IMG/VR virus record: IMGVR_UViG_3300001460_000019
Coordinates: 55,416 to 75,415 of that record
Reading direction: 5' to 3' (one strand)
From: an uncultured virus (IMG/VR IMGVR_UViG_3300001460_000019)
Taxonomy: Duplodnaviria > Heunggongvirae > Uroviricota > Caudoviricetes
Length of the DNA: 20,000 nt
The notes under the pieces were generated by a model, which was not told the DNA's origin, ran no database searches, and worked only from the letters and a program-made list of their open reading frames with translations. Position 1 is the stretch's first letter; the number at the start of each line of letters is the position of its first letter. Made by a program: the position numbers and the translations under genes. Below, piece after piece: positions 9,378 through 15,221 of the stretch.

Positions 9378-10037
9378 ATGATTGTAGAAACATCACAAGA
9401 TACAATAGAAATAAACGTTGATTCAAACAAAAGAAACATTGGTATAAAGTTGAGCGGTGGACTAGATTCATCCATTGTAGCCTATCTAATTTGCTTGTAC
9501 ATACGTGATCATCGACCAGACTGTACCATTGTACCATTTACAGTCATACATGGTTTAAAACCTCATAATATATGGTATGCTTCTAAAGTTAAATGGTGGT
9601 TAAAAAGAGAGTTCCCTAATGTTAGATGGCATAAAGAACATTTTACAATACATTCAGACGGTAGTGATTATAACGAACGTATGGAAGAACTACAAAGTAT
9701 CTTAACTAAAAACAAAATTATAGATTGTAAGTTTAGTGGTGTTACAGCTAACCCTCCAATAGAAGTTTATAAACAGTGGTCACCTGATGACCCAAATGAC
9801 GAACCATCTCCAGGTCGTGATAAAGAACAGAAAAGAAAAGACACAGCACATGGAAGAATACTTGTTAATATTGATAAGAAAGGTGTTGCAGAACTTTATA
9901 AGAAGTATAACTTAATGGACACTTTATTTAATGTAACAAGGACATGTGAGGAAACAGAATTAGATCCTTCAATTACTCCGCATTGTGGTAAATGCTGGTG
10001 GTGTGAAGAAAGACTATGGGGCTTTGGTAAACTGTAA
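9378..10037 (+). CDS. QueC-like PP-loop ATPase (7-cyano-7-deazaguanine synthase-like, divergent)
   Basis: PP-loop LSGGLDS near the N-terminus; C-terminal TRTCE...HCGKCWWCEER Zn-binding motif of the QueC family. Confidence 0.75.
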   Translation: MIVETSQDTIEINVDSNKRNIGIKLSGGLDSSIVAYLICLYIRDHRPDCTIVPFTVIHGLKPHNIWYASKVKWWLKREFPNVRWHKEHFTIHSDGSDYNERMEELQSILTKNKIIDCKFSGVTANPPIEVYKQWSPDDPNDEPSPGRDKEQKRKDTAHGRILVNIDKKGVAELYKKYNLMDTLFNVTRTCEETELDPSITPHCGKCWWCEERLWGFGKL

Positions 10038-10417
10038 ATCTTTTTTGAATTAAAACTCTATATATAGAGTTCTAAGATGTTTTTATGTAGCCTACAAGGC
10101 GATAACTATTATTACTTGAGTAACAACAAAGACGAGGCATATAGCATAAGCTAACAGACGCCGTAGATGTACTTTGTTTATTGAATAAACTTTGTTTATT
10201 CGTTTAGGTTATGTTTGGTAGTAAGCAACCCAAGAGCACTGCAAGGCAGTCAGGTTTAAAAAGGCTTTTAAATTTAAGCTACCGTTATAAACAATAATAA
10301 CCTTAGAAGACTTTAGGTCTTCATTTGTGAAAAAATGTTTTTGATTTTTTCCCCGGCTGATGCTTAATGCATCCTAAGTCCGGGGTTTATGCATTCTAGC
10401 ACTCCATAAATAGTTAT

Positions 10418-11518
10418 ATGTCTTGGGCACTTAAAACAGATCAAATTACACGTTTACAAATAGAGCTTACAAATTATTGTAATGCTGGTTGTCCTCATTG
10501 TGCAAGAGTAAACTATTTAAATTCAGATTGGCTTAAAGGATACAAACAAGAATCACCATACCCAGTCAGCATAAATTCAACACATTTAAATATAGACAGA
10601 TACAAAAAAATGATTACAAATGATAAATGGGAAAGTCTACGTGAAATACACTATTGTGGAAACTATGACGAACCAACTGTACATCCAAAAATTATGCAAT
10701 TTATTGATTATACTGTAGAATATCTACCACAAGCAAAGTCTATTAGTATTGCTACCAACGGTGGTACTAGAGATAGAGAATGGTGGAAACAATTAGGAGA
10801 AAAAAGCAATCAATTAAAACAAAAAAATATTGATTTAAGAGTTGTATGGGGTATAGATGGCCTAGAAGATACAAATCATATCTATCGCAAAGGTGTTAAT
10901 TGGAATAAATTAAAAGAGAATTATACAGCATATAATCAAGCAGGTGGTAATTCAACATGGCAAATTATTGTATTTGATCATAATGAACATCAATTAAATG
11001 AAATTGAATCCAATTATAAAGCCTGGGGATTTAATTCTATTAAAATAATCAACAGCAACAGAAAAAATCCACAGATTAAAATTGATAAAAGCCCAAAGAA
11101 AAAATATATACAGCATGATACTAGCAATCAAATAAAAAATACACCAATTAATAAAAAAATACCACCATTTTCTATGCCCAAAACCACAGCAACAGTAAAA
11201 AAAGATACCATTTTTTGCAAGGCTTTAGAAAAAAATAGCATAATTAAACGAAGTCTTTTTATCACAGCACATGGATTTATTACTCCTTGCTGTTGGATGG
11301 GGACTGATCGTAGCCTCAAAGAAGGTGCTTCATCATTTTCACAAGGACTTGATCCAGAAATTCATTCAATTTATTCACAAGATTCAATAACAGATATATT
11401 AAATTCAAAGTATTTTTCTCAGCTACAGTCAGCATGGAACAATAGATCCTATATAACCTGTAATGAAAAATGTTCCACAGCACATAATCCTGATATAAAA
11501 AGCATAATTAAAAGGTAA
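10418..11518 (+). CDS. radical SAM/SPASM-twitch domain protein
   Basis: CNAGCPHC, G..DEP, ATNGG, GIDG; C-terminal C...G.ITPCC...C...C auxiliary cluster motif. Confidence 0.9.
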   Translation: MSWALKTDQITRLQIELTNYCNAGCPHCARVNYLNSDWLKGYKQESPYPVSINSTHLNIDRYKKMITNDKWESLREIHYCGNYDEPTVHPKIMQFIDYTVEYLPQAKSISIATNGGTRDREWWKQLGEKSNQLKQKNIDLRVVWGIDGLEDTNHIYRKGVNWNKLKENYTAYNQAGGNSTWQIIVFDHNEHQLNEIESNYKAWGFNSIKIINSNRKNPQIKIDKSPKKKYIQHDTSNQIKNTPINKKIPPFSMPKTTATVKKDTIFCKALEKNSIIKRSLFITAHGFITPCCWMGTDRSLKEGASSFSQGLDPEIHSIYSQDSITDILNSKYFSQLQSAWNNRSYITCNEKCSTAHNPDIKSIIKR

Positions 11519-11526
11519 TATAAATA
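11519..11526 (+). promoter_or_regulatory. T4-type late promoter (TATAAATA) upstream of the nitroreductase
   Basis: Exact TATAAATA 5 nt before ATG 11532. Confidence 0.55.
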
Positions 11527-11531
11527 CTTTT

Positions 11532-12302
11532 ATGAGTATGGATAAAGAAAAAGAGTATATTAATACTATTAAAAAGTGCCAACGCAATTGGGACCTAACA
11601 AAATCCATACCTCAAGAGCATATTGATCACTGGTTATGGATAGCTCAAAATGCCCCAAGCAAACAACATGAAGCATATTATGATGTTTATTTTATTCGCA
11701 AAGCTGAAGTAATCAAAGAAATGCTAGAATACACATGGGGTTTTACAGCCACAACAACACCACCTAGCTGTTGGAGAAATCCACAAATGGGTGCTAATTT
11801 TTACATGTGTTTTGTAAGCAAGTATCCAGATACAATGCGTAACTATGAAGTAGATGGCGAAGGTCGTTCAGAAGAATATCAGGGCAGACGTGATAACTGT
11901 TTGGCTTCAATTGGACTGGCAATGGGCTTGATTGCACGTTCGGCCGCGGAAATGGGCTATGCAACAGGCTTCAACAAGAACATGAGTTCACCTCCAGACA
12001 AGGAATATTGGTGGAAACGTTTGAACATATTGGATGGCGTAAATGATGGTACGAAAGCACTGGAATATGGCATAGGCATTGGATATCCACAGCAGGATCT
12101 AGAACACACACAGTCAGATCAACATGAAGTATTGATAGGACAAGCCACTGGAGCATGGACAGACAATCCGGGTAAAATAGTGGATATAAAACAGATATCC
12201 GCAGAAGACAACCAAGGTAACATACACTACCTACCCAAAGAAATTAAATTCCCATCATTTTCCAAAGAAAATCGCGACATTAAATGTATAGAGATCAAAT
12301 AG
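11532..12302 (+). CDS. nitroreductase-family (FMN-binding) protein
   Basis: IKKCQRNWD...IP.E.I.....A.NAPSKQH N-terminal signature; ASIGLAMGLIARSAAEMGYATG and GIGIGYP motifs. Confidence 0.75.
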   Translation: MSMDKEKEYINTIKKCQRNWDLTKSIPQEHIDHWLWIAQNAPSKQHEAYYDVYFIRKAEVIKEMLEYTWGFTATTTPPSCWRNPQMGANFYMCFVSKYPDTMRNYEVDGEGRSEEYQGRRDNCLASIGLAMGLIARSAAEMGYATGFNKNMSSPPDKEYWWKRLNILDGVNDGTKALEYGIGIGYPQQDLEHTQSDQHEVLIGQATGAWTDNPGKIVDIKQISAEDNQGNIHYLPKEIKFPSFSKENRDIKCIEIK

Positions 12303-12802
12303 ATCACACACTTGAACAATTAAATCAATTGGAAATGGACCTAGAGCCCAGCTACAGTCGATACGTCAGCTACTACGAACAAAACATCACACAGTACTAT
12401 AAGAATCTGCTGTATCAAGGTTGTGCATGGGCAAACGTAGCCACACACAGCATAGAAGCAGTTGATTGGAGTCGCTATCATACCAACAAATATCGCAGTA
12501 CCACAACAATGAAAACCCACACACAGATGCGTAACATACACAACACACACTATTGCGAGGATGTATATTGGGCACCCGCTTGTATACTCTACAGCACACA
12601 GCCACATGACGGTTTGGCACTGTTGGAGTACATGCCTGAGATAGAACAGTGGTTCGAACAGCACAGCATGAGTGTGAACAAGCCTTGGAAAATGGCCACA
12701 CTAGCAGGCTGTTGGATAGAACAAGGTCTCGGTAACAAGGATAAATTCACTGAATTATATCATAGATTCACAGGCTATGATCTCAAGGACGTTAGGTTCT
12801 AA
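12284..12802 (+). CDS. hypothetical protein (172 aa)
   Basis: Open frame overlapping the nitroreductase end and coupled to the next ORF by TAATG; no recognised motif. Confidence 0.6.
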   Translation: MYRDQIDHTLEQLNQLEMDLEPSYSRYVSYYEQNITQYYKNLLYQGCAWANVATHSIEAVDWSRYHTNKYRSTTTMKTHTQMRNIHNTHYCEDVYWAPACILYSTQPHDGLALLEYMPEIEQWFEQHSMSVNKPWKMATLAGCWIEQGLGNKDKFTELYHRFTGYDLKDVRF

Positions 12803-12990
12803 TGCACTACTGTTTCGTATACGCATACAAAGGCAATATCGTATTAGAAGAATTCTGTGCATACTCAACAAAGAAGCTGATACAAGAACGATTCGACGAA
12901 CTACTAGGTGAAGATTACGACTGTATAGTAATAGACGATATCACAAAAGAACAGTACGAAGCACAGCATAACCCATTTGGCATAAGCTAG
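12802..12990 (+). CDS. hypothetical protein (62 aa)
   Basis: TAATG translational coupling to the preceding ORF; plausible composition. Confidence 0.6.
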   Translation: MHYCFVYAYKGNIVLEEFCAYSTKKLIQERFDELLGEDYDCIVIDDITKEQYEAQHNPFGIS

Positions 12991-13340
12991 TAGCACACAT
13001 ACACACACTTGATCACTACACTATTAGTCTAGAGTGACTGTAACACAGCATTAATGCATGACACACAGTGAAGCAATGTGGATTGTGCATATATCCTTTC
13101 AGTATGAACTAAAAAGAAAGCTATTTTACAGGTACCGTACGAAGCGATTTTGGGGTATAAACACTACACAGATTAGTCTGTTTTTGTATACACAATGTGG
13201 ATAGAAAGTTCCTACCCAAAAGGTAAAACCGTGTCTCTCATTACCCGTATCTGAAGACGATAAAACCAATTTACCTACGCTATAACCATGGCCTCTTAAC
13301 CATTATCAACCGTGTAACCACCATTGATCATCGCTTCCTG

Positions 13341-13489
13341 ATAGTGGGGCAATCAGCTGTTGCTGTCTGAAATAGATCATTCTGATCTAGCCTCCGGCTT
13401 CATATGTGCTCTTGTGCGTATCGTAAACTCATACGCACGGCGTAGCACATACGATTGGGCCCCTGATCAATTGCCCCTATACTCACTAT
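13341..13489 (+). other. multibranch stem-loop element (candidate ncRNA or ssDNA structure)
   Basis: Closing stem GGGGCAAT (13346-13353)/ATTGCCCC (13470-13477) enclosing TAGATCA-TTC-TGATCTA, AGCC-TCC-GGCT and a long hairpin at 13403-13451. Confidence 0.5.
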
Positions 13490-13507
13490 ATACGCTGTAA
13501 CCACTAT

Positions 13508-13550
13508 GACCCCGCTGTAGGGGTTGGCTATACCTGGGACCCCGCTGTAG
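13508..13550 (+). repeat. 13-bp direct repeat GACCCCGCTGTAG x2
   Basis: Exact copies at 13508-13520 and 13538-13550. Confidence 0.85.
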
Positions 13551-13571
13551 CTTATACGGGGTTTGAGGCCA

Positions 13572-13688
13572 CCACAACATGTAGTCATGATTAAATGACC
13601 CCATTTAATTTGGCCACCACTATATCTAGTCTTGAGCATGCGGTCTATGCCTCATGGGCAGTGCTGTGGCCATCACTATATGTAGTAG
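13572..13688. promoter_or_regulatory. three NrdR-box-like palindromes, each preceded by GGCCA
   Basis: CCACAACATGTAGTCA (13572-13587), CCACTATATCTAGTCT (13617-13632), TCACTATATGTAGTAG (13673-13688); all match the core of the NrdR consensus acaCwAtATaTwGtgt. Confidence 0.7.
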
Positions 13689-13702
13689 AGGCCTCTTTGG
13701 GG

Positions 13703-13731
13703 TTGACAGTTGGCCTATATGAGTATATACT
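13703..13731 (+). promoter_or_regulatory. sigma70-type promoter with no downstream protein gene
   Basis: TTGACA (13703-13708), 17 bp, TATACT (13726-13731). Confidence 0.7.
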
Positions 13732-13888
13732 AGTAAATAACAATACATGGGTGGCCTTTACGGCGGGCATCGATCACTGCACGTANACAACCAAGTACCC
13801 AGAACATCGGTGTGCGATCAGTTGCATATTTGGGAACACTCCGTATAGAGCCCCGAGAGTCTGAGATTAAGTTCTCTGGAGTACGATC

Positions 13889-14003
13889 GGTTCAAAGGGT
13901 TCAAAGACACTGTAGGGCTTCAATGACTTCAATGCATCAATGAGACGTCAATGGGGCTCAAAGGCTTCAAGGGGTTCATTGGGACTTCAAAGAGGTTCAA
14001 AGG
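13889..14003 (+). repeat. degenerate tandem repeat, approximate unit GG(T/C)TCAA(A/T)G, about 11 units
   Basis: TCAA/TCAT cores at 13892, 13901, 13920, 13929, 13937, 13948, 13958, 13967, 13976, 13987, 13997. Confidence 0.8.
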
Positions 14004-14074
14004 TGGCGAACGGAGAGTTTAGAATAGGTTCCAGAGACTCGGGACCTAGCTCAGAATTTAAGGATTTTGAGAGG

Positions 14075-14166
14075 TGTTGCAGAAATGCAACAACTAGTCT
14101 AAAAGTGTTGCACAAAAACAACAAACAGCACATGAGAGATCGAGGGGGTGTTGCGTAAAAACAACA
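14075..14166. promoter_or_regulatory. three 18-bp TGTTG-N8-CAACA (TGT-N12-ACA) palindromic operators
   Basis: TGTTGCAGAAATGCAACA (14075), TGTTGCACAAAAACAACA (14106), TGTTGCGTAAAAACAACA (14149). Confidence 0.7.
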
Positions 14167-14211
14167 CCCTACTTAATGGTACTACAGTGTGTGCCATATC
14201 GATACAGCACG

Positions 14212-14304
14212 ACACAACATCTAGTAGATAAAAAGACTAATAATTTCAATGGTTTAACCGTGAAGAACAGACTAACTGCTGTTGTGGTTCACTAGATATA
14301 GTCG
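14212..14304. promoter_or_regulatory. two further NrdR-box-like palindromes
   Basis: ACACAACATCTAGTAG (14212-14227) and TCACTAGATATAGTCG (14289-14304); weaker GGACTATATAATGTGC at 14310-14325. Confidence 0.65.
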
Positions 14305-14446
14305 ATGGGGGACTATATAATGTGCCATGGTATTTAGGTCAGAGTTCGGCCCATCCTTTGAGTATCGATTTTATCTTTCTAGATTTATTTGGTTCTAGTT
14401 AATTACAACCGGCGGATAAAGTTTCTGTTCCCTTATCTTATTATTA

Positions 14447-14474
14447 ATAATAACATAGGTTCCTATTGTGTCAA
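14447..14474 (-). promoter_or_regulatory. leftward early-type promoter pointing into the non-coding region
   Basis: Minus strand reads TTGACA-caataggaaccta-TGT-TATTAT-taataat, the same architecture as the rightward early promoters. Confidence 0.7.
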
Positions 14475-14510
14475 CCAGAATAATTTAAATCTTTTTGGCC
14501 AATTAGGGGC

Positions 14511-14538
14511 TTGACACATTGCGTAATGGTGCTACTAT
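14511..14538 (+). promoter_or_regulatory. early promoter P1
   Basis: TTGACA, 16 bp ending TGC, TACTAT. Confidence 0.8.
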
Positions 14539-14562
14539 AAACATATGAACAAAGGAGCACAC

Positions 14563-14895
14563 ATGCAAATAAAAAACTTTAGAGTGGCTTACAGCGAATA
14601 TGACGTTACCTCTACGCTGTACCAAAAGAAAACTGCTGAGGAACTAGCACGTCAACTAGAAGAGGTTGCACCAACTCTAGAAACTGCCAAGTACTTTGTA
14701 CACCTGGCACAGTGGAACCTAAAAGATCACGGACATGTTGATGGTTTGGGAGATCCTTTATGCACACGCCTAAGTGGTGTAAAGAACACAGAGGACCTTG
14801 AGGGTCTGTTTATACACATGAAGGGTGAATGGCATTATTCCGATGATGGCATCTACTGGGAACCAACCAAGATAGAGTTTCCAAAAGCCGCGTAG
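14563..14895 (+). CDS. hypothetical early protein (110 aa from the RBS-supported start)
   Basis: AAGGAG lies before ATG 14563, making it a likelier start than 14545; directly behind P1. Confidence 0.75.
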   Translation: MQIKNFRVAYSEYDVTSTLYQKKTAEELARQLEEVAPTLETAKYFVHLAQWNLKDHGHVDGLGDPLCTRLSGVKNTEDLEGLFIHMKGEWHYSDDGIYWEPTKIEFPKAA

Positions 14896-14921
14896 TATAA
14901 CATCTTTTTGCAAACTGTCAA
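14894..14921 (-). promoter_or_regulatory. antisense promoter facing ORF 14563-14895
   Basis: Minus strand reads TTGACA-gtttgcaaaaaga-TGT-TATACT (16-bp spacer, extended -10). Confidence 0.65.
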
Positions 14922-14969
14922 GTGTAATGTTGGGGACAACATTACACTGTCCCCTATGCATTTACCCTC

Positions 14970-14997
14970 TTTACAATATGCACAATTGTGCTATATT
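14970..14997 (+). promoter_or_regulatory. early promoter P2
   Basis: TTTACA, 16 bp ending TGC, TATATT, then the shared AATAATATAACAAA leader. Confidence 0.7.
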
Positions 14998-15029
14998 AAT
15001 AATATAACAAAAGCAAAGGAACAACAATA

Positions 15030-15206
15030 ATGTACAACAGTAAAACAGCAAAACCCGTATACTACAAACTGCCTATAAAAACTTACGCACAACTTGAAAA
15101 AACAATTGTGCGTTTACAAGCAGACACACGTATGTGTTACACAACAAAGCAACAGCACATAAAAAGTATGTTTGCACAATACAAAAACAATACATTTATA
15201 ATATAA
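15030..15206 (+). CDS. small basic hypothetical protein (58 aa), not in the ORF track
   Basis: AAGGA RBS behind P2; MYNSKTAKPVYYKLPIKTYAQLEKTIVRLQADTRMCYTTKQQHIKSMFAQYKNNTFII*. Confidence 0.65.
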   Translation: MYNSKTAKPVYYKLPIKTYAQLEKTIVRLQADTRMCYTTKQQHIKSMFAQYKNNTFII

Positions 15207-15221
15207 CAAAGGGACAAACAC

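Noticed and set aside
5357..9537. Short ORFs antisense to the radical SAM and QueC-like genes
   Set aside because: They overlap well-supported genes on the opposite strand and have no motifs.
9378..10037. Assigning the symbol queC and a 7-deazaguanine DNA-modification system
   Set aside because: Only the PP-loop and Zn motifs are evident, and no folE, queD or dpdA partner is in the window.
10077..10154. tmRNA-like tag (…NNKDEAYSIS*) in the 10038-10417 spacer
   Set aside because: No tmRNA 5' GGGG...GAC end or T-arm/CCA 3' end found and the tag lacks the terminal AA; probably chance.
13076..13204. DnaA-box-like 9-mers (TGTGGATTG, GTATACACA, TGTGGATAG)
   Set aside because: All have 1-2 mismatches; the only perfect box noticed (TGTGGATAA at 15413) is inside a CDS. 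Insufficient for an origin call.
13567..13688. Mini-CRISPR reading of the GGCCAYCACWAYATNTAGT repeats
   Set aside because: Repeats are only 19 bp and degenerate, gaps are unequal (26 and 37 bp) and no cas gene is present; an operator palindrome explains them better.
13889..14003. Alphaproteobacterial LexA boxes (GTTC-N7-GTTC) or a CRISPR array
   Set aside because: Spacing is mostly 9-10 rather than 11 with no exact GTTC-N7-GTTC; units are far too short and lack unique spacers for CRISPR.
13400..14158. ORFs 13400-13639 (-), 13595-13864 (+) and 13940-14158 (+)
   Set aside because: No RBS, atypical composition, and they run through operator palindromes, a promoter and a non-triplet repeat.
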